A DNA stretch of 64,000 nucleotides from a virus (IMGVR_UViG_3300031851_000001), one strand, 5' to 3'. Counted from the stretch's first letter, positions 26,810-37,431 are shown. Program-made: numbers and translations. Notes: a model not told the origin generated them from the letters alone.

Positions 26810-27280
26810 ATGATAGAAACATTTGAAGAATTTGAAAACTGGTTAATGACAGAAGAATGCTTTGAGAACCATGATGTATCTCATATAGATAATAACGGCA
26901 ATCAACATTATTTAGAACATTCAGAATACATTTCTTACCTTGGTGCTATTACAATTTTATTAGCAAACAAAGCTACGATTAAAGTAGAACAAGCCGAGCA
27001 ATGGTTTCCACATATAGCTGGAACTGCACACATCTTCTATAACAATGACAATGGTCCATCGTTTGATACTCACACGGATCCTATAGATATTTTAATAGAG
27101 TGCATAGCCGGTAAAAAGACTTTAGAAATAGATGGTAAAGAATATACACTAGGACCTCGCGACAAAATTGGTATTGCTAAAAATACTAAACACAGAGCAC
27201 TTAATTATGAAAAGGCATTGATGATCTCATATGGCATTGGCGATACAGAAACACTTACTCGTATACGTAAAAACGACTGA
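26810..27280 (+). CDS. JmjC/cupin-4-like hydroxylase
   Basis: SFDTHTD (HxD) ...GKKT...KH facial triad in cupin fold. Confidence 0.7.
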   Translation: MIETFEEFENWLMTEECFENHDVSHIDNNGNQHYLEHSEYISYLGAITILLANKATIKVEQAEQWFPHIAGTAHIFYNNDNGPSFDTHTDPIDILIECIAGKKTLEIDGKEYTLGPRDKIGIAKNTKHRALNYEKALMISYGIGDTETLTRIRKND

Positions 27281-28259
27281 AACCTGCAATCTTAATTGCG
27301 CACACTGCTTTACGTCTGGTATTAACGGTAGAAAAATCTACTTTGATGCTGAAAAGACTGCTAAGTGGTGTAATGAGTTGTGTGATGGTACAAACGAAAT
27401 ACATTTTGAATACCACGGTGGTGAACCTTTATTAGCACCTATGGCAGACCTAATGAAGTTTTATAATATTACTAAAGAACATTGGGGTGACCGATGTACG
27501 CATGGTATTACAACTAATTTGGTTTATAAACTTACTGATGAAAGACTTGAGTTTTTAAAATTATTAGATGGTGGTTCTGTAGGCACATCTTGGGATCCAA
27601 ACATTAGGTTCTCTAACGAAAAGCAGCGTAAACTATGGGAAGACAATGTAAAACGTTTAGTTGACGAAGGATGTTTTGTTAAATGTTTTATATCAGTCTC
27701 AAAAGATGTAGTTAAAATGGATCCGCTTGAAATAGCTGACTATATGCATTCATTAGGTGTTGAGTGTATAAACTATGAGCGTTTAACACATGATGGTAAT
27801 GCAACAATTAACTTAGATATTTTTCCGCATAACAGTGAGTTAGATGCCTTTTGGATGAAGATGCACGAAACTACACAAGACCATCCTGTAGCCAATGCGT
27901 TTCTTGGTTCTGTTTATGATAAGTTTAGTAAAGGACAATTTTTTAACGGAACTTTTTGTAGAGACTGCGAACAAAAATTACATACCATCAATGCCGATGG
28001 GACTGTAGCCGGTTGTCCTAACACTGCACCAACTCAATGGTATGGTACTATTGATACTCCTGCAAAAGAAGTTCGTCAATCGCCAAAACGTATGGAAGTT
28101 ATATCATGTGAAATGCACGAAAGAGATCCACGCTGTTATGATTGTCCTGTGTTTATATATTGCCATTCTGATTGTCACCAACTTCAATGGATGGAAGATG
28201 TTTGCCCAGCACCTAAAACATTAATGATGAAACTTGCAAAGGATAAGGGATGGATTTAA
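27231..28259 (+). CDS. radical SAM/SPASM protein (rSAM-A)
   Basis: CNLNCAHC, HGGEP, C-terminal CRDC..CPN and CYDCPVFIYCHSDC...C. Confidence 0.92.
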   Translation: MALAIQKHLLVYVKTTETCNLNCAHCFTSGINGRKIYFDAEKTAKWCNELCDGTNEIHFEYHGGEPLLAPMADLMKFYNITKEHWGDRCTHGITTNLVYKLTDERLEFLKLLDGGSVGTSWDPNIRFSNEKQRKLWEDNVKRLVDEGCFVKCFISVSKDVVKMDPLEIADYMHSLGVECINYERLTHDGNATINLDIFPHNSELDAFWMKMHETTQDHPVANAFLGSVYDKFSKGQFFNGTFCRDCEQKLHTINADGTVAGCPNTAPTQWYGTIDTPAKEVRQSPKRMEVISCEMHERDPRCYDCPVFIYCHSDCHQLQWMEDVCPAPKTLMMKLAKDKGWI

Positions 28260-29290
28260 TTATTAAACCAACAGAGGCTTGTAATTTCAAGTGTACCTTC
28301 TGTTCATCAACTGATATTGATGCTGATAAGGCTGGTTTACTTGATTTAGAATATGTTTATAAATTTCTAAAACGCTATCCTGACACCAATACGATTATTG
28401 TAAATGGTGGTGATCCGTTAATGGTTGATCCAAAATGGTATTGGGATTTGATTGCTCACCTTGACGAACACGATTACCCTGCATCAATTAGTTTTACATC
28501 AAATCTTTGGCCATTCCTTATTAGACCAGAGAAATGGTTACCTTTATTTAAACACGAAAGATTTGGATGTACTACATCATTTCAATATGGTGGTGGAAGA
28601 TTAAAAGGTGATTACTCTGAGTTTACTGAAAAAGATTTTTGGCGGGTATCAGATGCTATGTTAAAACATACTGGTGAACGTCCAAGTTTTATTTCTGTAA
28701 TCGTTGATGAAAACTTTGATGATGCAATTAAAAATGTAGAGCTTGCTAAAGAAATGGGAGTTGAATGTAAACTTAATTACGCTATGGCTTCTGGCGTACA
28801 AGGTTCTACGTTTAGGCTAAGTAAAATATACGAAACCTATATAAAGATATATGATATGGGCTTAGCAGAATATGAACACAATACTAAACAAATGATGGTA
28901 AGATTAAATAAAAATAGTTACACCTCTTGCCCACAGAATAGGCAATGCGATAGTGGTATTCGTGCATTTAATCCGGGTGGTGATTACTATTCTTGTGGTT
29001 CGTTTGCTGACGATTACGATTACCCTATTAATTTTGAAGAAGAGATGAATGGTGAAATGCAGACACCATTGCAGAATGATCCTAATATACAGACAATGAA
29101 AATGGCTTGTTATACATGTCCAATGTTTGATATATGTAATGGTTGTAAGAAAACTGTACGTGATATGAAACGCGAAGGTCAAGCTGAGGATCATTGTTAT
29201 CATATGAAAAAACTAGCACCAAGAATACTTGAAATAAACGGAATGGATCCGGGATTGGCGACACCTTATGTTAATGAATCTATCAATTAA
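28250..29290 (+). CDS. radical SAM/SPASM protein (rSAM-B)
   Basis: CNFKCTFC, NGGDP, CPQNRQC..SC and CYTCPMFDICNGC...C. Confidence 0.92.
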   Translation: MDLIIKPTEACNFKCTFCSSTDIDADKAGLLDLEYVYKFLKRYPDTNTIIVNGGDPLMVDPKWYWDLIAHLDEHDYPASISFTSNLWPFLIRPEKWLPLFKHERFGCTTSFQYGGGRLKGDYSEFTEKDFWRVSDAMLKHTGERPSFISVIVDENFDDAIKNVELAKEMGVECKLNYAMASGVQGSTFRLSKIYETYIKIYDMGLAEYEHNTKQMMVRLNKNSYTSCPQNRQCDSGIRAFNPGGDYYSCGSFADDYDYPINFEEEMNGEMQTPLQNDPNIQTMKMACYTCPMFDICNGCKKTVRDMKREGQAEDHCYHMKKLAPRILEINGMDPGLATPYVNESIN

Positions 29291-30182
29291 TCCAACATAC
29301 TATTGTAACTTTGCTTGTGATTTCTGTTATTTAACTACAGAGCAATTAAACGATAGACATAAAATTACTCCTTTATGGTTAGAAAACAGCCTACAACAAA
29401 TTACTGACAAGGTTGGTCATGTTGATTTATATGGTGGAGAGATTGGTTTACTATCGCCAGAATATTATTATTCATTAAAGAAAGTAATACGCAATCATTA
29501 TAAAGGTCCTATTAATATCAATACTAACTTATCGGCATTCCCTGACTTTTTTAGAGATGAGGATGTAACGTTATCCGTATCATATGATTTCCATGCCAGA
29601 GAAAAAGAGCAGCACATTTTAAATAACATGATGAATGCCAATAAAGATTTATCTGTATTGATATTAGCCTCGCCAAAAGTATTAGAGATGGATGTAGAGT
29701 TTATGATCTTTACGCTTAATATGATTTCTAATGTTCAGTCAGTTGAAATTAAACCATATTCAATTAATCAAGCAAACCAACATAATGTAACACATAAAGA
29801 CTTTGAAGATTTCGTTATTAAGTTTGATGAAGCAAATACAGAAAAGAATTTTAATTTCCAAAACATTGATAATATATACAATAGCATAGAAGGTAAGTAT
29901 GATGCTTTTAGTAATGACCACGTTTACATAACGCCACGTGGAAAATTTGGCGTCTTGGAATTTGATAAATATGATAGAGAATACTTTAAAGAGTACGACA
30001 CTTACCATGAATATTTAACGTGGGCACGTGAAGAACCTGAGAATAATTTGAGCGATATATGTAAGGCATGTTCTTATTATGGGAAATGTTTAACAGAACA
30101 TTATCGGTATGTACACGACTTAACCAATAGTTGTAATGGATATAAAGGGTTATTAGATTATTATGAAAGAATGGAAAGCTAG
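29268..30182 (+). CDS. radical SAM protein (rSAM-C)
   Basis: CNFACDFC, YGGEI, C-terminal CKACSYYGKC...C. Confidence 0.88.
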   Translation: MLMNLSINPTYYCNFACDFCYLTTEQLNDRHKITPLWLENSLQQITDKVGHVDLYGGEIGLLSPEYYYSLKKVIRNHYKGPININTNLSAFPDFFRDEDVTLSVSYDFHAREKEQHILNNMMNANKDLSVLILASPKVLEMDVEFMIFTLNMISNVQSVEIKPYSINQANQHNVTHKDFEDFVIKFDEANTEKNFNFQNIDNIYNSIEGKYDAFSNDHVYITPRGKFGVLEFDKYDREYFKEYDTYHEYLTWAREEPENNLSDICKACSYYGKCLTEHYRYVHDLTNSCNGYKGLLDYYERMES

Positions 30183-30561
30183 GCAAAGCGCATATCATTT
30201 AACGGCATCGTTGTTTAAAGATGATCTGACTGACGTAGAAATTAATTGGCAGCCAGATAATATTGTTGATTATGCTCTTATACATTTCAGAGAATATGTT
30301 GACGAATGGATTTATCCTGCAAAATCATATGTGGTTGCGATATGTTATGCGCATTGGTTAAACAGAGATTTTAAAGAACCATTCTTTGATGCGCTTAATG
30401 ACGAAGCTTTATTGTTTAATAACGATCCACACTTTGTTCCATATTGGCAAGACAAAGATACATATGACGAAATATTATTTAAATTAGACTTTAACGAAAA
30501 ACTTGGTATGGTACCTGACATATACGAATACTATAAAGAGGAAATGTTATTTGGACTTTGA
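30163..30561 (+). CDS. hypothetical protein in radical SAM operon
   Basis: 132 aa, overlaps both neighbours. Confidence 0.7.
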   Translation: MKEWKARQSAYHLTASLFKDDLTDVEINWQPDNIVDYALIHFREYVDEWIYPAKSYVVAICYAHWLNRDFKEPFFDALNDEALLFNNDPHFVPYWQDKDTYDEILFKLDFNEKLGMVPDIYEYYKEEMLFGL

Positions 30562-31627
30562 AATAACAAAAACACTATTAGAAACTAAACGTCCGGATAT
30601 AGCCGAGATTGAGTTGACTTTATTTGAAAACTGTCATCTCAATTGTTCGTTCTGTCACCACGATAAAAAATCTACCGTAGGTTTGAGCAGGGAAGAGATA
30701 TTTTCTAAATTAGATTTGGTTGAACAACATGTCATTAAGATGAAAGGCAGAGTTGATATAATACAAATCAATATGGTTGGTGGCGAGTTATTCCAAGATA
30801 GAATATCAGAATGGGCTTACCCTGTTTACTTTGATTTTTTAGTAGCAATCAAAAAGATATTTGATGAACATAAACAAAAGATTAAAGTTGTATGGGTAAC
30901 ATCGTTTCAATTCAGTAAACGAGATAGAGTTCAGCGACTACTCGACGACTTAAACGCTGAAGCTATCCCTTCCTATATTATATGTTCATACGATTTTGAC
31001 GGGCGACCAACAAAAGGTCCATACGCTAAAAATATAGAATACTTTGCTGATTATATCATATCTATTAATATGGTTGCTACTACTTTGTCAATCAAAAAGT
31101 TTATGGCAGACGACGATGAGTATTTCCATTACTTATATGAAAAGTTTGATGAATTTTACTTTGATGATTATATTCCAGATCGTGGATATGATTATATGAT
31201 TCCATCAGATAGTGAGTACCTCGAGTTTTTAAAATTTGTATACCATCACTATCCTGACATTAACCCTATTAAAGATCTCATATATAATGAGAGTAACCAT
31301 ATGCATTGCTTGGCTTTAAACAAGGTTACGATATTCCCAGATAATTCTACATCAAATTGTCGGTGGGATAGATACGATCAACGAGATTTTAATACAGAAT
31401 ACAAACCTAAAGATAACGCCGGAATGATGCAAGCCTATATGGACGAGAATGGTTGCTTATCTTGTAAGTGGTGGAATAAATGTGGTTTCCGCTGCTATAC
31501 ACAATGGGATTGGAAAAACAGAGAACGCGATTTACCTGACTGCATAATGAGAATGTGGTTTAATTATATGGACAAAACAGGTCAAAATTTGATAACAGGA
31601 TTTAATTATGATAAAGAAAAAACTTAA
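30503..31627 (+). CDS. radical SAM/SPASM protein (rSAM-D)
   Basis: CHLNCSFC, VGGEL, HC..NC and CLSCKWWNKCGFRC...C; true start may be TTG 30551 (SD GAGG). Confidence 0.88.
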   Translation: MVWYLTYTNTIKRKCYLDFEITKTLLETKRPDIAEIELTLFENCHLNCSFCHHDKKSTVGLSREEIFSKLDLVEQHVIKMKGRVDIIQINMVGGELFQDRISEWAYPVYFDFLVAIKKIFDEHKQKIKVVWVTSFQFSKRDRVQRLLDDLNAEAIPSYIICSYDFDGRPTKGPYAKNIEYFADYIISINMVATTLSIKKFMADDDEYFHYLYEKFDEFYFDDYIPDRGYDYMIPSDSEYLEFLKFVYHHYPDINPIKDLIYNESNHMHCLALNKVTIFPDNSTSNCRWDRYDQRDFNTEYKPKDNAGMMQAYMDENGCLSCKWWNKCGFRCYTQWDWKNRERDLPDCIMRMWFNYMDKTGQNLITGFNYDKEKT

Positions 31628-32327
31628 ACTTGATTTTTACACAGCACACCAAACACTTGTAGACTTACAACCAATTAAAGCCAGAACTAAGCCACCAACG
31701 TGGTGGAAATCTATTAAGAATTCGTATGACCAATTTAGGTCTAGGGTTGGCGTTAACGTTCCAACTCCGACGATTAAAACATGCCCAGGAATTGTTGATT
31801 ATATGCGTAAGCCTATCGTTCTTAAATTGTGGTCAGATGGTATTTTTAGAGTAAAACCAAATGGCAATGTTGAGTGCATTGAGCCATTACATAATTCTGG
31901 TCAACTTGATGGATCTCAACATGAACGTAAACAATTTGGCGATACATTATATCCAAATAGAACTGTATTTAAATTACATGGACCTTGGGCTGTTAAGGCA
32001 AGCGAACGTAAAGAGTTTATGATTACTGAATGCCATTATAGTGAGGATTTGCGTAAGCACGATATTTTAATATCACCTGGGATTACAAACTTTTATGACC
32101 AACACACATTAAACGTATTCTTAGCGTTTCCAATTAAAGACGAAGAATATACTGTTACACTTAAATATGGTACGCCTTTAATGTCAATATACCCAATGCA
32201 CGAAATGGAACTTGATATTAAAATGCATGAGGTAGAATCAAAAGAGAAATGGCATAGAATACAACACGTATATCCATCAACCTTTATCGGACGTTATCAC
32301 TCCCGGAAACACACACGCAGTAAGTGA
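31608..32327 (+). CDS. hypothetical protein, marine-phage family
   Basis: 239 aa, TIKTCPGIVDY...LWSD and LKYGTPLM..YP motifs; last gene of the + operon. Confidence 0.65.
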   Translation: MIKKKLKLDFYTAHQTLVDLQPIKARTKPPTWWKSIKNSYDQFRSRVGVNVPTPTIKTCPGIVDYMRKPIVLKLWSDGIFRVKPNGNVECIEPLHNSGQLDGSQHERKQFGDTLYPNRTVFKLHGPWAVKASERKEFMITECHYSEDLRKHDILISPGITNFYDQHTLNVFLAFPIKDEEYTVTLKYGTPLMSIYPMHEMELDIKMHEVESKEKWHRIQHVYPSTFIGRYHSRKHTRSK

Positions 32328-33332
32328 ATGGTGTTCCATATAAGATAGGACACCTTTATCAATACATGTCATTAAATTTTTACAAGAAGCACAATTGTCA
32401 GTTTCACTTGAATAAGTCAACTGTGACATAAACTTATTTTCTTTTACTTGAGTCCATGACTCAATATCGTTTTCATCTTTGACCACAAAATTATCTGTAC
32501 CAATTAAAGCAATATCATATACGAATGGTGTCCAAAAGAAACGTTCGTTACAATAAGTATAATTTAATTCTAAAGAACCACCTTGTGCTTGGTCAATAAA
32601 TGTTTTAGGCATAAGGTCGTCGGCAAAGTCATAGTTTTTCCATTTCTCAATAAGATGCTTTTGCACTTTAGATTTAGGTGCTCGGAAGAATGATGGATTT
32701 AAAGTAAGTATAGAATCAAACCGTTCCTCAACAAGTTTTGACATCTCGAGTACTTTATTATTCTCAACATCATCATTACCCATATTATATACCATATAAT
32801 AATTTAAATCATCTGTCAACTCATTTAATATTCCTAATTTATATTCAAGTACATTCCAATTAACTGGCGGCTGCAGGGCTATGTTACAATCATACATAAA
32901 TCCCTCGGCCTTTGGAATACTATTCAGCATTTCAATAATATTAAAATCAATCTTTTCTAATGTTGTAACGAATTGAATAGTAGTTACTTTACTTAAACAC
33001 TCTCGGAATGTTTCGTCTTTCAACAACTCGGTGATATTATTATTACCAAATAAATCAGTTGGACCAATATTAATGGTTGACACGCGATAGCCATTGGTAT
33101 TAAATAAATCAATGGCGTTGTTTAATCTATCAAATGATCCCATATTTGATCCGAGTTTATTGACAAAACAACCTTTACATTTAAACTCGCAGCCAGATAA
33201 TACTTCGCAATTAAATTGTACTTTGATTTCATGTCCTTCACTAAAGGATAAATCAAAATCTTTATCAGCTTGTGCAGCACGCTTATTGTTAGTAACTATT
33301 CCCATGGTATACCTCATCATCATATAAACCAA
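32277..33332 (-). CDS. divergent radical SAM protein (rSAM-I)
   Basis: CEFKCKGC, IGPTDLF, C-terminal CASCKNLMTC...C. Confidence 0.85.
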   Translation of the reverse strand: MVYMMMRYTMGIVTNNKRAAQADKDFDLSFSEGHEIKVQFNCEVLSGCEFKCKGCFVNKLGSNMGSFDRLNNAIDLFNTNGYRVSTINIGPTDLFGNNNITELLKDETFRECLSKVTTIQFVTTLEKIDFNIIEMLNSIPKAEGFMYDCNIALQPPVNWNVLEYKLGILNELTDDLNYYMVYNMGNDDVENNKVLEMSKLVEERFDSILTLNPSFFRAPKSKVQKHLIEKWKNYDFADDLMPKTFIDQAQGGSLELNYTYCNERFFWTPFVYDIALIGTDNFVVKDENDIESWTQVKENKFMSQLTYSSETDNCASCKNLMTCIDKGVLSYMEHHSLTACVFPGVITSDKG

Positions 33333-34443
33333 TTACATCTTTATTTAAGATGCATTCTTTTCTTCCATCAAACACAGTATCCATAATCATTGGAACCATT
33401 CTATTCGCACATATATTTAAATACTTACAACTGCCACACTCTTTTTCAGAACTTTTTTCAATTTGGCTATTGACAATCTCGTTCTTTTTGTTTAATATAT
33501 AATCAACAATATCGGCATCAGGTAACCAAAGCCAACTATTATCAACTTTAAAATCATCTGTATGGATTTGAGCATTCTCATATATGAATGGCGACAAATA
33601 CATATCTCCGTGGTATATACTAACTACAGAATAATGAAACGCTTTATGTGATACGTCACCTTGTAAGAAATGGAATTTGTTTTTAAACTTATGTGGATCT
33701 GCAGCCAATCGAGTTAACATATCATTCCATTCAAATAGTTTGTCTCCGTGCTTTGCGCTATGATTAAAAGAACGTACTACTGACGGTAATACTTCGATTA
33801 CTGTTTCATACCTAGCTCTAACAAATTCAATAGCAGGAAATAATATATCTTCTACACCTTGCACGATATTAGTAGCCATACTTATTTCAAAGTTTAAAGA
33901 ACTATTTTTAAATGTTTCAACTCTTTCATCAAGTGCATCTAGGTATACCTGATCATTCATTAATCTATTTAAATCCAAAGCAATTTGTACATCCCATGCT
34001 TCGACTACTTCGCCTAGCATTGAGTTTTCAATAGCTTTTATTTTACCTTCAATATCTTTTTCAGATAATGATCCGAGTATAGAACAGTTATGTTGGATAT
34101 TTCTATTATCTTCAGGCATCATGGATATGGCATCAGCAAGCCTTTGATTATTAATAATCTCTTCTAAATTTTGAGCACCATAAAAGTCGGTTGGGCCAAT
34201 CACAATGTCGTCTAATACAATATCAGTTCTATCTTTTAATTCAAATGCCAAGGAATGAAATGTTGCGATTGAGTTTGGGTTCCAATTACCTTTACGTTTA
34301 ACAAAACAACCCGGACACATATATGAACAACCTTCGAGTATTTCAAGGTTGACCTGTATTTTATATTCTTTCATATTGTCGATTGAAGTAAATTCCTCAC
34401 CTCGCCCACCGTCTACAATATTTTTCCAATCATTATTTAACAT
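33289..34443 (-). CDS. divergent radical SAM protein (rSAM-H)
   Basis: CSYMCPGC, IGPTDFY, CGSCKYLNIC...C. Confidence 0.85.
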   Translation of the reverse strand: MLNNDWKNIVDGGRGEEFTSIDNMKEYKIQVNLEILEGCSYMCPGCFVKRKGNWNPNSIATFHSLAFELKDRTDIVLDDIVIGPTDFYGAQNLEEIINNQRLADAISMMPEDNRNIQHNCSILGSLSEKDIEGKIKAIENSMLGEVVEAWDVQIALDLNRLMNDQVYLDALDERVETFKNSSLNFEISMATNIVQGVEDILFPAIEFVRARYETVIEVLPSVVRSFNHSAKHGDKLFEWNDMLTRLAADPHKFKNKFHFLQGDVSHKAFHYSVVSIYHGDMYLSPFIYENAQIHTDDFKVDNSWLWLPDADIVDYILNKKNEIVNSQIEKSSEKECGSCKYLNICANRMVPMIMDTVFDGRKECILNKDVIGLYDDEVYHGNSY

Positions 34444-35590
34444 ATGATATATCCTTTAATCGTTTTAGTTCTGGATCGTCATCATCAGTAACTAAAAACT
34501 TTTTACGATAACCGTTCTTATCGTTTTCAACAGAATAACCATCCCATCCATACATTGTCTGAGCAGGACCATTATAATTGTTTATATTATTTAGCATATT
34601 CTCTTTTGGTGCTATGCAGCGGTCTACTCCAAGGTAATCCCTTAACATTATTATTTTTCTGTTATAACAACTAAAGAATAATGGGCAATCCTCGCATTCA
34701 GTACCTTTTGCTCTTTTAATTTGATGTTCAACCATTGGAACAACATCATCAAAAGATTTGACTTTAAACATATCATCATATATCGCCATGTTCTCATACA
34801 TAAATGGACTTAAATACCATTCACCGCGTTTGTAGTTTAATACAGTGTAATTAATACCTGCGTGAGAATGGTCTACCATAATATTGTTTAGCTTGGACTC
34901 TTGGTGCCATGTGCTAAAGTATTCGTTAAACTCATCAAGCGTTTTTAAGATTATGTTTGCTTTATGCGAACGAGATACTGACGGAATAAAATCTAATATA
35001 GTATCAAAACGTTTTACAGCCTGATCATGCAATGCCTCATAATCTAATCCATAATCTTTAATGTTAACAACAAACGTATAAGTAACCTCATGTTGAATGT
35101 GTGTATCTATATAGGCTAACATATCTGATATATGTTTTGTGTATTCGTCAGTAAAAAACTTATGTGGATTTGTAGCGATACCAATTTCTATTTCAGTATC
35201 TAAATTAATATTATCAATAAGGAAATCGCAAAACTTTTTAATATCACCATCAATAAGAGTAGAGACAAAAGCTAGGATAGGTGAGTTTTCATTAATGATA
35301 TCTACGAGTTCTGGCATTACTTGATAGAAATTTTCTGATGCTAAAAAGTCTGTAGGACCAATTAATATTTCATCAACAAGTATCCCTTGGTCAGTAATAG
35401 AACGTATGAACTCTTTTGCCATATATACTTGGCTTTTATCACTAGAGTTACCCCGTCGATGTACAAAGCATCCAGGGCACTTGTGGTGACAACCGTCTAG
35501 TACATCCATTTGAATTTTAACAGCGCTGACGGGCTTAGTTTGGGTCTCTGTCGTCATCTCATAATAGAGATTATTTTTAATCAGAGGCAT
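34433..35590 (-). CDS. divergent radical SAM protein (rSAM-G)
   Basis: CHHKCPGC, IGPTDFL, CEDCPLFFSC...C. Confidence 0.85.
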   Translation of the reverse strand: MPLIKNNLYYEMTTETQTKPVSAVKIQMDVLDGCHHKCPGCFVHRRGNSSDKSQVYMAKEFIRSITDQGILVDEILIGPTDFLASENFYQVMPELVDIINENSPILAFVSTLIDGDIKKFCDFLIDNINLDTEIEIGIATNPHKFFTDEYTKHISDMLAYIDTHIQHEVTYTFVVNIKDYGLDYEALHDQAVKRFDTILDFIPSVSRSHKANIILKTLDEFNEYFSTWHQESKLNNIMVDHSHAGINYTVLNYKRGEWYLSPFMYENMAIYDDMFKVKSFDDVVPMVEHQIKRAKGTECEDCPLFFSCYNRKIIMLRDYLGVDRCIAPKENMLNNINNYNGPAQTMYGWDGYSVENDKNGYRKKFLVTDDDDPELKRLKDISYVK

Positions 35591-36599
35591 ACATATATTC
35601 CTTTAATGCGACGCAGCTATCTAATCCTCGCGACTCCATATATAAATGTATATTACGTTCAGCACAACTCATCATATACTCGCAGCCATTACAATCATCA
35701 ACCTGTTGAGCATAATCTATATTTTCATATAAAGTATTCGCATCCATTGTTGTTTCAAAATTTGGAGTTCTTTGAATAATAACATCATACAAGAATGGAT
35801 TTAAATATAGTTTATTATTATAGAAGCTATAATTTTGGCAGCCATATCCATTAAACTTTGCATCAAAAAATGTATAAAGGTTAAGCCATTTCTTATCAAT
35901 ATCTTGCTCAATCATTTCACGTCTAAAGTTTGCAAGGTGTTGTTCTACTTTACCACGCGCGTTCCTATCTGTTAAAAACGACGGTGTAATTATAACTGGT
36001 GCATTATAGTCATCATATATCCGTTGACATAAGTCGTTATATGTGATACGCTTAAATACATCTTTATGATAATTAACTCTAAATTGAACTGAACCTAACT
36101 CAAACATTTTAAGTTTACGGTTCCAATCGTCTAGTTCTCCATCAAGGTACTTGTCTATATCTAAAACGATTTTAAAATCAATATCAGGTACTCTATGAAC
36201 ACCTTCATATAAACTCCATATCATATCAAGTTTAGTTCTTATCTCGGCATATGATTGAAGTAATGTTGATGTAAATCCAACTGCTGATATTTCGTAAAGC
36301 TTTTTCATATATGGATGTTTCATAATTTCATGGAAGTTCTCTGCATCAAAAATGTCAGTAGGTCCAATCGTTATCTCGTCAGGATAATATGCGCCGTCCA
36401 TTAATAAATTGTATAATGTTTCTAAGTATTCAGGTTTAGTAAGGTTTTTACGTGGAATAAAACATCCTGGGCACGACTGAGCGCAGCCATGTAATATGTC
36501 TAGGTTTATTTCAGTACGTAAGAAGTCTGTATTAATAGGGCTCTTATCTTTATCATACGTATAATAACCTGCATATGTTTTATTCAGTTTTACTATCAT
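35577..36599 (-). CDS. divergent radical SAM protein (rSAM-F)
   Basis: CAQSCPGC, IGPTDIF, CNGCEYMMSC...C. Confidence 0.85.
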   Translation of the reverse strand: MIVKLNKTYAGYYTYDKDKSPINTDFLRTEINLDILHGCAQSCPGCFIPRKNLTKPEYLETLYNLLMDGAYYPDEITIGPTDIFDAENFHEIMKHPYMKKLYEISAVGFTSTLLQSYAEIRTKLDMIWSLYEGVHRVPDIDFKIVLDIDKYLDGELDDWNRKLKMFELGSVQFRVNYHKDVFKRITYNDLCQRIYDDYNAPVIITPSFLTDRNARGKVEQHLANFRREMIEQDIDKKWLNLYTFFDAKFNGYGCQNYSFYNNKLYLNPFLYDVIIQRTPNFETTMDANTLYENIDYAQQVDDCNGCEYMMSCAERNIHLYMESRGLDSCVALKEYMYASD

Positions 36600-37416
36600 C
36601 GGCTACACTAGCGGCATTGGCTTTAGCCTCTGCTTCGATTTCAGCTTGTAAATCTTCATCAGACTTTGGTTTTGGAATTTCAACGCTGTTAATAAACCCA
36701 GGAGGCATCATTGATAAAATGTTACTAGTAATATTACTTTGTGTCAATAAGAAAAACAAATCTTTACCAAAGTATGCAGGTTTATCATTATACATCTGTT
36801 TATTATATTCTTGTTTAAATCCAAGCATAGAACAAACTAATAGGAAACCATCCCAGCCATCTATAAGAAGGCGTGCAACGTTTGGACCACAATTTGCTGG
36901 CTTGTCAGTTACTTCAATTTGCTCAACAGCTTCTTTTACATCAACTTCAATTGCTTTGTTTTCATCTGATAAGTTTTCGTAAAATTTGCAGAGTGTGAAT
37001 GGAATAAGTTCAGCCATTGCATTACAAACATCTTCTATAAGTTCATAGTTTTTGTCTACGAAGTCGTGCAATTGTTCTTTACTAAAGAGGCCAAGTAATT
37101 GTTCTTCTAAGCCATTAAACTCATACATGTATCTTACTTTGATTGCCATTACAACAAACCGTGATAGCAGTGGTGCTTCTACGATAAAGTCTGATTTAAT
37201 ATATTCTATTAATAGTTCTTCGTCAACCTGCGCAAAGGTTGTTTTAAAATTAGTATTGGCCAAATAGATTAGAATATGTTTGGCTGATAACTTTTCTTTT
37301 GATGCTAAATAATCTACCCATAAAACAAAGTTTTCGTTGTCTTCTTTTAATTTATATATTTCAACTAAATTTTGCGGTGCTAATGGCAGCGTATATAAAG
37401 TTTGCTCTTCACTCAT
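36580..37416 (-). CDS. hypothetical helical protein in radical SAM operon
   Basis: 278 aa, overlaps next gene. Confidence 0.75.
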   Translation of the reverse strand: MSEEQTLYTLPLAPQNLVEIYKLKEDNENFVLWVDYLASKEKLSAKHILIYLANTNFKTTFAQVDEELLIEYIKSDFIVEAPLLSRFVVMAIKVRYMYEFNGLEEQLLGLFSKEQLHDFVDKNYELIEDVCNAMAELIPFTLCKFYENLSDENKAIEVDVKEAVEQIEVTDKPANCGPNVARLLIDGWDGFLLVCSMLGFKQEYNKQMYNDKPAYFGKDLFFLLTQSNITSNILSMMPPGFINSVEIPKPKSDEDLQAEIEAEAKANAASVADDSKTE

Positions 37417-37431
37417 AATAAAATCACTTTC

